Shown piece after piece: positions 32,401 to 39,462 of a stretch of DNA of 64,000 bases (within the stretch, counting starts at the first letter, position 1; every line of letters begins with the position of its first letter). The position numbers and the translations under genes are program-made. Origin of the DNA: Aquirufa sp. (GTDB lineage Bacteria > Bacteroidota > Bacteroidia > Cytophagales > Spirosomataceae); contig JBILCC010000001.1 of the NCBI GenBank assembly GCA_044353355.1, forward strand, positions 10,031 to 74,030. The letters run 5' to 3'. Under the pieces are notes generated by a model. It worked only from the letters and a program-made list of their open reading frames with translations, made no database searches and was not told where the DNA came from.

Positions 32401-33042
32401 GTGGCAGGTATAAATGATGTTTTAACTAAGGAGGAATTGGGTAAAGCCTTGGTTTTAGAAGCTAATTGGATGAACTCTAGTTATATAGAGAATCTAGGTA
32501 AAGGGAAATTTAGAATTTTTGCCTTACCTCGATTAGCCCAAGTTTCACCTGTTTTAGCGATCCAAGTCCAAGATTTTGATGAAGATGGCAATTTGGACAT
32601 GGTATTGAGTGGAAATGATTACGGCAATGAAATAAGTACAGGTCGATTAGATGCATCTAAAGGTTTGTTTTTAAAGGGAAATGGTCAAGGGAAATTTAGA
32701 GAGATTCAGTTAGGGCAAAGTGGTTTGAATTTTGACGGTGATAGTAAAGCATTGGTCAAAATCAAGTCGAGTAAGGGGAATTTGCTTTTAATGAATTCGC
32801 AAAATCTCGGGCCTTTAAAAACTTACGCTTTGAATAAGCGAGCGAAAGATTTTTTAGTAGATAAAGAGGAGTTTTCGGCCATTTTAACGTTAAAGAATGG
32901 CAAGAAAAGAAGAGAGGAGTTTCCTTTAGGGAATACACACATGTCTCAAAACAGCCAAAGGATGTGGTTGAATAGCAGTATTCTGCAAGCGGACATGTTC
33001 AATCAAAAGCTAAAACGGACAAGAAGCGTATCTAATTTGTAG
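29452..33042 (+). CDS. FG-GAP/VCBS repeat lipoprotein with ASPIC/UnbV domain (CRTAC1-like)
   Basis: Many DxDNDGDLD repeats; YNGGGVALGDFNND; RGYLS...AHFGLG...IIWPSG ASPIC motif. Confidence 0.92.
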   Translation: MKFNSSYISLYFILFCGFLLSCQSQEDTLFTELSADETGIQFSNRITENDTMNILTFEYVYNGGGVALGDFNNDQKVDIYFTGNQVANRLYLNEGVDKNNQLKFKDVTKQANVAGEGKWNSGVALVDINNDQLLDIYVCATVKKVGQQRANILYVNQGLDKEGVPSFKNMAEEYGIADTTHTTNANFFDYDNDGDLDLYVVVDEMADIHYPNMYHPKVKDGSSRLTDRLYRNDYDPKTGHAHFTDVSKEEGILIEGFGLGINITDINQDGWKDIYVTNDYLSNDLMYINQHKNGKHTGFIDQADLYFKHTSHSAMGNDVNDINNDGLVDIMAVDMMAADNYRKKMLTMANNYQTYQNNDKFGYVFQFPRNTLQLNRGKDPKTGIPAFSEIGLFAGVAETDWSWTPMVTDFDNDGLRDMIITNGFPKDITEQDFMVYRAERGNFAEPKYLLEMISSVKIPNYAFRNTGNVGFEDVSQKWGIKNPSFSNGAAYADLDNDGDLDYVVNNINDSASVYRNNAMQIAPDKSHFLRVQLKGSDQNIQGIGASIQIKYNKNQLQFYECTPYRGYLSTIESIAHFGLGETKEIDELKIIWPSGKQQILRHLKANQVITLEERNAQPYLPNSVKSATLFTEVSDQLNLLYQHIEDDAIDYNNQKLLPHKFSQQGPCLAVGDVNGDLIEDVFIGGSSKHKGNFLIQDMNGNFKSMDLLSGKDGFAKSQEDMGALLFDLDNDRDLDLYLVSGSNELPLLDPGYQDRIFINDGKGHFTENNSILPAFAKSGSCVKAVDFDHDGDLDLFVGNRVEPGFYPRPVSSYLLRNEFPKLKFTDVTNQVAPELNKIGLISDALWSDTDNDGWQDLILAGEWMPIKIFKNEKGKFKSIQSTGIEHKSGWWNSLAAGDFDNDGDMDYVAGNLGQNTLHRASDDTPSKIYAADFNGDGTFDAIPTVYFKDQKGKRKEFPFNTRDDLAKQFIQIRKRFDNYAKFSVAGINDVLTKEELGKALVLEANWMNSSYIENLGKGKFRIFALPRLAQVSPVLAIQVQDFDEDGNLDMVLSGNDYGNEISTGRLDASKGLFLKGNGQGKFREIQLGQSGLNFDGDSKALVKIKSSKGNLLLMNSQNLGPLKTYALNKRAKDFLVDKEEFSAILTLKNGKKRREEFPLGNTHMSQNSQRMWLNSSILQADMFNQKLKRTRSVSNL

Positions 33043-33079
33043 TTAAATCTATTTGGTTTATGGATATCTTTTTCAGGCT

Positions 33080-33304
33080 TTAAGTTCTAAATTGATAAAT
33101 GACAGAATAGCTTGAATTCTTTCCGTCTGAAGATTTAACTCTAAAATAGTAAATTTTTCCAGTCATAACGGGCACATCTACGCTGCTAGCAGTGATATTG
33201 GTGAACTGTGCGGAAGGTGTTTGCTTCCCATCCACTAAGTCGACGAAAAGGGTATAGGTTTGTGGATCCTTTAAAAACAGCGATAACGTGACAATTCCAC
33301 TCAC
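33080..33304 (-). pseudogene. C-terminal remnant of a fibronectin type III-like protein
   Basis: 74 aa, no signal peptide, weak GTG start; G.IYYFRVKS.D.K.SS.S...F.T resembles an Fn3 C-terminus. Confidence 0.45.
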
Positions 33305-33423
33305 AGGTTCGTATCAAAAAATCATCCAAGTCTTTAATTAGTAAACCGTTAAATAAATTTTTATTTGATATTTATTTTAATTTTTAAACTTTTGGTTCAT
33401 AAACTTTTCAAAAACTAATAACT

Positions 33424-33918
33424 ATGAAAAAATTTCTAAGTATTGCATTTTTATTTGTGCTACTTTCCTGCACAGGGCTTATGGCTCAGGATAAGCAAAT
33501 TAAATTTTCGGTTACCCCAAGTCTTGTTTTACCAACTGGGGTCTTTAGCGAAGTATTGAGTGCGGGGGGTAATGTAGAATTAAAGGGAGAATATCCTGTA
33601 GCTGAAAATATAAACTTTACTGGCTCATTAGGATATGGCTTTTTATCTTCTAAACTAAAAGATGGAGGTTCTACTACATTTATTCCGGTAATGGCAGGTG
33701 TAAATTACCAACTTAATCAATTGAACATTGGTTTTGGGCTTGGTTATATCAGTTATAACTTTGATGAAAGTGTTAAGAGTACGGGTGGCTTCACGATTAG
33801 ACCACAAGTGGGCTACGATGTTTCAGATAAGATTCAGTTAAATTTGAATTATACTACCACTTCTGTTGAAGGAATAAATATTAACTACATTGGCATTTCA
33901 CCAGTGTTTAAGTTTTAA
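33424..33918 (+). CDS. Small outer-membrane beta-barrel protein
   Basis: Signal peptide, alternating strands, IPVMAG.NY, C-terminal FKF. Confidence 0.8.
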   Translation: MKKFLSIAFLFVLLSCTGLMAQDKQIKFSVTPSLVLPTGVFSEVLSAGGNVELKGEYPVAENINFTGSLGYGFLSSKLKDGGSTTFIPVMAGVNYQLNQLNIGFGLGYISYNFDESVKSTGGFTIRPQVGYDVSDKIQLNLNYTTTSVEGININYIGISPVFKF

Positions 33919-33939
33919 ATAGAATTATTTAAAAAATAT

Positions 33940-33970
33940 AAAGGCTTCCCAATTTTGGGAAGCCTTTTTT
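33940..33970. terminator. Intrinsic terminator
   Basis: AAAGGCTTCCCAA-TT-TTGGGAAGCCTTTTTT. Confidence 0.88.
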
Positions 33971-33977
33971 ATATCGG

Positions 33978-33998
33978 TGTAACTCCGGCAGGAATCGA
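33978..33998 (-). mobile_element. Diverged tRNA-Arg 3'-end copy (att-like scar)
   Basis: TGTAACTCCGGCAGGAATCGA vs 37286-37306 TGTAGCCTCGGAAGGAATCGA: 17/21 identical, same orientation, similarity ends in the T-loop. Confidence 0.65.
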
Positions 33999-34218
33999 GT
34001 CGGACGTGATTCCAGCTTTGTATATATCTGACATCAATATTATCGCATACCAGGTATTTAGTTGATTTTAAGACCTTTACATTCTCTTATTATGAATGAC
34101 CAGGGGAGCTAACAGGAATTAATGGAATCAAGTGCTCACAAAATGGGTCATAAGATTTGGGAAACAAATGGAGATGGTTACTCAACCAAGGAAACGATTA
34201 TTATTTAAACATAATCGT

Positions 34219-36060
34219 TTAATATGCTTCGTAAGTAGCAAATACTTTTTGCATGTAGGCTTGACCAAAGGGCAACAAATTATTGCTTCCTTCCTGCTTT
34301 ATCAGGCGTTTTCCTGCATTGTCAAAACTGGTAAAGCCATTTTTACTGATCACTCCGAAGCCATTATCCCAGTCGAAAAATGCATAACCCCGATCTGGAT
34401 GGGTGGCAAATAAATCTTGGCTGAATGCAAACCGACTTCCATCCAATCCTAATTGACCTAACACTGTTTTAGCGATATCAGTTTGGCTTCCAAACACGGA
34501 TAATTGTTTTCCTCGAAATTCAGGCTTGATAACGTCGCCAAACAGCACCAATGGAATGTGGAAATGTTGTGCTTCGGAAATCGCATATTTTTCTTTAGGT
34601 AGTCGGTGGCCATGATCAGCCACAATGACAAATAATGTTTCTTTAAACCAGGGCTCATTACGAGAAGCATGGATGAAAGCCCCTAATGATTTATCCGTGT
34701 AAAAGGCGGTGCTGCGGAATAGATTCGGCAAATCAGAGCCTGGAAAGCGGGGTGATTCTGGAATTTCGAATGGCTCATGATTTGAAAGTGTCAGCATTGT
34801 CGCAAAAAACGGCTGCTTCATTTGACTTAATTCATGCTGAAAATGCTTAAAAACAACGCCGTCATGTGCCCCCCATTTTGAATTTTGGTCTTGTGCTAAA
34901 AAAGCATGTTTATCAGTTGATCGATCAAATCCATGACTCAAAACATAGGGTTTAAAGCCAAAAAACTCACTTTCACCTCCATACATGAAGGTTGTTTGAT
35001 AACTTTGCTCTTTAAAAACCTGGGCTATAGATGGCAAATGTTCTTGTTTATCTGTCTCTGTAATTATGCTCTTAGTCGCCTGAGCCGGAAATGCACTCAT
35101 GACAGCGATCAGCCCTTTATCCGTTCGATCTCCTGAGGCATACATATTTGTAAAAGACACTCCTTGCTTCATCAATTTGTCTAATTCGACACTTATTCCT
35201 GGCTCACCCCCTAATGATTCCACTACATCGGCTGTGAAACTTTCCAAGATAATGAATACGACATTAGGTCGTTTAGTGGACAGGATTTCTGTTCGAGATA
35301 ATGAATCTCCAGATTGATAATTATGCAGGATTGAATCAACTTGCTCCTCGGGTAAATAATGAAAGTCTCCCTTACTGCCTGCTAAATTATTGATAACATC
35401 CTGTGACAAATTCCAGGAGGTATTTACTGCCGCGTGATTTAAAATAGGTTTGGATGAGAAATAAGCCATGCTTTGGCTGATTGGGGCTAATTGCCAACCG
35501 CCCCGTACACTCAAAAACGTTATGCCTAAAATGAATAAACTAAGGATGGGACGTGTCAGCCAAGGATGTATTTGATAGGCTGATCGGATAAAGAATCGAA
35601 TAAGCCAGCCAAAAAATACTACTTGAGTTAGAAAGATGCCGACCGTTAACCCAATACCTGTCTCTAGGCTTGAGATCGTAGATTCATAGGGATAATTGAA
35701 AAATATTTTGAACACTTTATAGTTAACCTTAGATCCCCATTCCTGGTAAATGTTCAAATTAACCGCCCCAATGAGCGCAAATAGACCAATAAAGAAGCGA
35801 TGGTAGATTAGCGTAAAACGAGGTGAAACAAATGATTTTCCCAAAATAATTTCGATTGCCCAAAATAGGGAGGGTATAACCAGTACATAACCTGCCATGG
35901 AAGCGTCAAGTCGTAATGCGGATTGAAAAATATGGAGAACTTCAAAACTTCTTGATTCCGTAATGGAATCCCAAAATCTACATACAAAGATCAGCCGTTC
36001 GACTAAAAAGAATAGTAGCCAAAAAGCATACAGACGAATAAGGCTGATCACATAGTTCAA
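34219..36060 (-). CDS. LTA synthase family / sulfatase-like membrane protein
   Basis: N-terminal TM helices; RPNVVFIILESF, RTDKG, TLSNHEPF, VADHGH. Confidence 0.9.
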   Translation of the reverse strand: MNYVISLIRLYAFWLLFFLVERLIFVCRFWDSITESRSFEVLHIFQSALRLDASMAGYVLVIPSLFWAIEIILGKSFVSPRFTLIYHRFFIGLFALIGAVNLNIYQEWGSKVNYKVFKIFFNYPYESTISSLETGIGLTVGIFLTQVVFFGWLIRFFIRSAYQIHPWLTRPILSLFILGITFLSVRGGWQLAPISQSMAYFSSKPILNHAAVNTSWNLSQDVINNLAGSKGDFHYLPEEQVDSILHNYQSGDSLSRTEILSTKRPNVVFIILESFTADVVESLGGEPGISVELDKLMKQGVSFTNMYASGDRTDKGLIAVMSAFPAQATKSIITETDKQEHLPSIAQVFKEQSYQTTFMYGGESEFFGFKPYVLSHGFDRSTDKHAFLAQDQNSKWGAHDGVVFKHFQHELSQMKQPFFATMLTLSNHEPFEIPESPRFPGSDLPNLFRSTAFYTDKSLGAFIHASRNEPWFKETLFVIVADHGHRLPKEKYAISEAQHFHIPLVLFGDVIKPEFRGKQLSVFGSQTDIAKTVLGQLGLDGSRFAFSQDLFATHPDRGYAFFDWDNGFGVISKNGFTSFDNAGKRLIKQEGSNNLLPFGQAYMQKVFATYEAY

Positions 36061-36923
36061 TCGATGAATCGTTTAGTGATATCTGGGTAAGAGTCAATCC
36101 TGCGATCACGAAGGAAAGGCCATGTTTTTCGATAATATTCACTCGAATCCACGTCTACCTCTACTATAGCTACTTCCTCTACCTCATGTGGTGCCTGGAA
36201 AATGATTCGTCCACCGGCATTAGAGACAAAGCTTCCACCCCAAAATTGCTGCCCATTTTCAACGCCTACTCGATTGACTGAGATGACTGGAACTCCATTT
36301 GCAATGGCGTGGGAACGCTGTATGGTTTGCCAAGCTTGATATTGCTCGCGATTGATTTCTGAATTTTGCTCTTCTAAATCCCAACCGATCGCTGTTGGAT
36401 AAACTAAAACTTCGGCACCTTGTAACGCAGTTAAACGAGCTGCTTCAGGGTACCATTGGTCCCAACAAATCAGCACGCCTACTTTGGCATATTTCGTATC
36501 AAATACCTGGTAACCTAAATCACCTGGGGTGAAATAATATTTCTCGTAGTATCCTGGATCATCTGGAATATGCATTTTACGGTATTTGCCCAGGTAAGTA
36601 CCATCTGCATCAATCACCGCCGTCGTATTGTGAAATAAACCTGCGGCCCGTTTTTCAAATAAAGAAGCGATAATAACTACATTTAATTCTTTTGCTAAGC
36701 CACCGAATAGATCCGTACTTGGACCCGGAATCGCTTCCGCCAAATCGAAAAAAGTAGCATTCTCTTCGAAGCAGAAATAAACGGAACTGAACAATTCTTG
36801 CAAACAAATAACCTGAGCACCGCGGGCTGCTGCATCGCGGATCGTTTGAACCGTTTTGGCCATATTAGCCGCGACATCAGTTGAACACTCTAACTGAACT
36901 AAGGCAAAAGAAACGTTTCTCAT
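36057..36923 (-). CDS. aguB: Carbon-nitrogen hydrolase, N-carbamoylputrescine amidase-like
   Basis: LQELF, YRKMHIPDDPGYYEK, ICWDQWYPEAAR, YPTAIG; E-K-C triad. Confidence 0.85.
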   Translation of the reverse strand: MRNVSFALVQLECSTDVAANMAKTVQTIRDAAARGAQVICLQELFSSVYFCFEENATFFDLAEAIPGPSTDLFGGLAKELNVVIIASLFEKRAAGLFHNTTAVIDADGTYLGKYRKMHIPDDPGYYEKYYFTPGDLGYQVFDTKYAKVGVLICWDQWYPEAARLTALQGAEVLVYPTAIGWDLEEQNSEINREQYQAWQTIQRSHAIANGVPVISVNRVGVENGQQFWGGSFVSNAGGRIIFQAPHEVEEVAIVEVDVDSSEYYRKTWPFLRDRRIDSYPDITKRFID

Positions 36924-37188
36924 AGCGTTTTTGAAGCGTGAATGATTGGACTAAGATTTCAATAATGTCTTTCAAACAGTGAAAATATTCTATCCGACAA
37001 TAAGTAAGGAGTTTCGGTTGACATGCCCGATAAACCATCTCTGAATAGAATAGAATTAGCTGTATGTGAAAAAATAGCCCCGTAAAAATAAGAAAAATCT
37101 TTGACTATCCCCCTTGTTATGATTTAAAGCACTTTTCACAGAAATTCTCTGATAAGAAAATCAAGGTTTTAAAGACCTTCGATTTCAC

Positions 37189-37212
37189 TTGCTACACAAA
37201 TTTGCTACACAA
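37189..37212. repeat. Tandem direct repeat TTGCTACACAA x2
   Basis: Copies at 37189-37199 and 37202-37212, about 75-100 bp 3' of the tRNA. Confidence 0.75.
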
Positions 37213-37234
37213 GTGCAGTTTCTCCCTAAAATAC

Positions 37235-37265
37235 AAAAGGACACCTCGTTAAGAAATGTCCTTTA
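37235..37265 (-). terminator. Hairpin 3' of tRNA-Arg, probable terminator
   Basis: AAAGGACA...TGTCCTTT inverted repeat. Confidence 0.55.
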
Positions 37266-37287
37266 TTGTTGACCGGAGGTCAATTTG

Positions 37288-37359
37288 TAGCCTCGGAAGG
37301 AATCGAACCTTCATCTTAGGTACCGGAAACCTACATTCTATCCATTGAACTACGAAGCC
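37288..37359 (-). tRNA. tRNA-Arg(CCG)
   Basis: Minus strand GGCTTCG-TA-GTTC...GAAT-G-TAGGT-TTCCGGT-ACCTA...GAAGG-TTCGATT-CCTTC-CGAGGCT-A folds as a full cloverleaf; CCA not encoded. Confidence 0.96.
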
Positions 37360-37366
37360 AGGGTTG

Positions 37367-37374
37367 CAAAATTA
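37367..37374 (-). promoter_or_regulatory. -7 promoter element for tRNA-Arg
   Basis: TAATTTTG on the minus strand 7 nt before the tRNA; overlaps the stop codon of the pseudouridine synthase gene. Confidence 0.65.
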
Positions 37375-38088
37375 CGAATACTTCTCTAAAGTCTTCACCA
37401 GCACATTGAAATCTTTTGGATAAGGTGCCTCGACCATGATGGGGTCGCCATTCATCAAGTTGAAGGACAAGCTATGTGCATGTAATGCGACGCGGCGCAT
37501 GACCGCCATTTCTTCTGTGTCTTTTTTCAAGTGGAAATTACGTTTCAAATCAGAAAGGTAAATCTCAGGCCCTCCGTACATGGCGTCAGAAACGATAGGC
37601 GCTTTTAGGCAGGTTAGGTGAATGCGGATTTGGTGCATGCGTCCGGTGATGGGCATACATTCGACTAAGGTATAACCACGGAATACTTTTAGTGTTCTGA
37701 ACCAGGTTTCGGCGTGCTTTCCTTTGGCCCGATCAATAATCACTTTTCCATCTTTCAATGGCAAAATGGGTAAGTTCACTAGGAATCCATCCCAATCCTG
37801 CATACCCTCAACGACGGCGTGGTAGCGTTTCGCTGTTTCGCGGTGCTCGAATTGCATAGAGATGTGGCGGTAGGCATCGGGATTTTTGGCGATGACTAAA
37901 GCCCCTGATGTTTCTTTGTCCAAACGGTGTCCCACCTGCGCATCAGACGAATATTCCTTCGCTAAACGCAAGATTGCCGGCGCTAAATCATCCTTCCGCT
38001 CATCTAACGTAGAAATGCCAGATGGCTTGTTAATCACAATAAAATCAGCATCCTCGAAAAGGATGGAATCGGTAAATTTGTATTTCAT
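37372..38088 (-). CDS. RluA family RNA pseudouridine synthase
   Basis: INKPSG, HRLDKETSG, TGRMHQIR, LHAHSL. Confidence 0.95.
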   Translation of the reverse strand: MKYKFTDSILFEDADFIVINKPSGISTLDERKDDLAPAILRLAKEYSSDAQVGHRLDKETSGALVIAKNPDAYRHISMQFEHRETAKRYHAVVEGMQDWDGFLVNLPILPLKDGKVIIDRAKGKHAETWFRTLKVFRGYTLVECMPITGRMHQIRIHLTCLKAPIVSDAMYGGPEIYLSDLKRNFHLKKDTEEMAVMRRVALHAHSLSFNLMNGDPIMVEAPYPKDFNVLVKTLEKYS

Positions 38089-38095
38089 GTTTTGC

Positions 38096-38247
38096 GCTGC
38101 TTCGCAGCTTAAAAGTCGTTGCTTTGCAACTTAGTCAATGAGTCGCCGCTGCACGGCTTAGTCCGGAGGAAATGAGTCCGAAGGATTTCATTTATCATTC
38201 ACCACTTACCATTCACCATTCTGTAAAAATCCGTAGGATTTTTACAG
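38096..38247. repeat. Composite intergenic element: mini-hairpins, heptamer repeats and a 12-bp stem
   Basis: Three 13-nt hairpins each followed by TTA; CCA(T/C)T(C/T)A heptamers; CTGTAAAAATCC-GTA-GGATTTTTACAG. Confidence 0.7.
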
Positions 38248-39393
38248 AGATATTTTCCCAAAATTTTCCCACGGCGAATCCCCCAATCTCTCCGCTCCAG
38301 GCGAATCTGCTAGCGTTTCATTCGCTAATAAAGCAAATAAAACTGCCTCTTTTGCCGCTGACGGCATACCTAACTCATCGCTTTCGCAAACATGGAAGGG
38401 AAGGAGCTCAGCTAATCGTGCCATGATAACTGGATTTTTGCTTCCCCCGCCACTAATATAAACGGTGCCTTCTATACCAGAAGGAATATAGGTTTTCATC
38501 GCGAGGGCAATGCTTTGGGCGGTGAATTCCGTTAAGGTCGCGACTAAATCAGCTGGGCTGATGGAGGCGTGAACTATATCTAAATTAAAGTATTCGGGGC
38601 CGGTGCTTTTAGGGAACGAATCCTTGAAAAAGCTAAGGCTCATGAGTTCTGCTAAAATGCCAGCATCGATTTTTCCAGAGAGGGCAATGGTGCCATCTTC
38701 ATCATACGCTTTGTTGAAATAACGGCGAACCGCTGCGTCGATCAAGGTATTTCCGGGGCCGGTGTCTGTCACTAAGATGCCAGCTGGATCTCCAGAGGCA
38801 GGCAAATAGGTGAAGTTTCCGATGCCACCTATATTTAATAAAATCCGATGTTCGCCTTTCTTGGAAAATAGAAAATAATCGCCAAACATTGCCAAAGGAG
38901 CCCCTTCACCACCGGCTGCCACGTGTTTTTGGCGGAAGTCAGAAAGAGTAATGATACCGGTTAGTTGGGCAATGTGATCGCCGTCGCCTATTTGTAAGGT
39001 CGAATGCGGAAGTTTACCACTTCTGTCCGGACGGTGCATCACGGTTTGGCCGTGGGAGGCAATCGCGTCTACCTCGGACGCTGAAACACCCCAGCTAGCT
39101 AATACTTCTACTATTAAAGAAGCGTGCAAACGTCCAATTTGCGCGTTAAGCGTGGAAAGGGTAGGGAAATGAATGTTTTCTTTGGCAAAAACCGAACGAA
39201 TCGATTCCTTGAAATCTGCCGGATAGGGGCGGGTGTCGTAGTGCAAAATTTCGTAAGACGTGTCCAGTCCGAAACCAGTGAATCGCACTAGAGCTAAATC
39301 CAAACCATCCAAGGACGTGCCTGACATCAGACCTAAAATGGTCCGAGTAGGGGCTTTGGAAATTTGGTACAATTGTTCGATCCTAGGATTCAT
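38242..39393 (-). CDS. anmK: Anhydro-N-acetylmuramic acid kinase
   Basis: GLMSGTSLDGLD, SHGQT, GGEGAPL, LNIGGI.N, DTGPGN.LID. Confidence 0.96.
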   Translation of the reverse strand: MNPRIEQLYQISKAPTRTILGLMSGTSLDGLDLALVRFTGFGLDTSYEILHYDTRPYPADFKESIRSVFAKENIHFPTLSTLNAQIGRLHASLIVEVLASWGVSASEVDAIASHGQTVMHRPDRSGKLPHSTLQIGDGDHIAQLTGIITLSDFRQKHVAAGGEGAPLAMFGDYFLFSKKGEHRILLNIGGIGNFTYLPASGDPAGILVTDTGPGNTLIDAAVRRYFNKAYDEDGTIALSGKIDAGILAELMSLSFFKDSFPKSTGPEYFNLDIVHASISPADLVATLTEFTAQSIALAMKTYIPSGIEGTVYISGGGSKNPVIMARLAELLPFHVCESDELGMPSAAKEAVLFALLANETLADSPGAERLGDSPWENFGKISL

Positions 39394-39397
39394 ACTT

Positions 39398-39443
39398 CAA
39401 AGCTACGAATAATTCTTTTTACCACCGTTTAGCCGTATATTTG
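39398..39443. promoter_or_regulatory. Back-to-back -7 elements for anmK and lhgO
   Basis: TAGCTTTG (minus, 39398-39405) and TATATTTG (plus, 39436-39443). Confidence 0.65.
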
Positions 39444-39462
39444 TTGTTCAACATTTCAATTT

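Noticed and set aside
34132-34413. 93-aa ORF next to the att-like scar as a possible excisionase
   Set aside because: Mostly antisense to the LTA synthase gene; no HTH signature
38096-38190. Mini-CRISPR interpretation of the linker/hairpin pattern
   Set aside because: Constant parts are only 4-6 nt, variable parts 13 nt and self-complementary; no cas genes
38172-38426. 84-aa ORF starting MSPKDFIYHSPLTIHHS
   Set aside because: Translation of the heptamer repeat plus anmK antisense sequence
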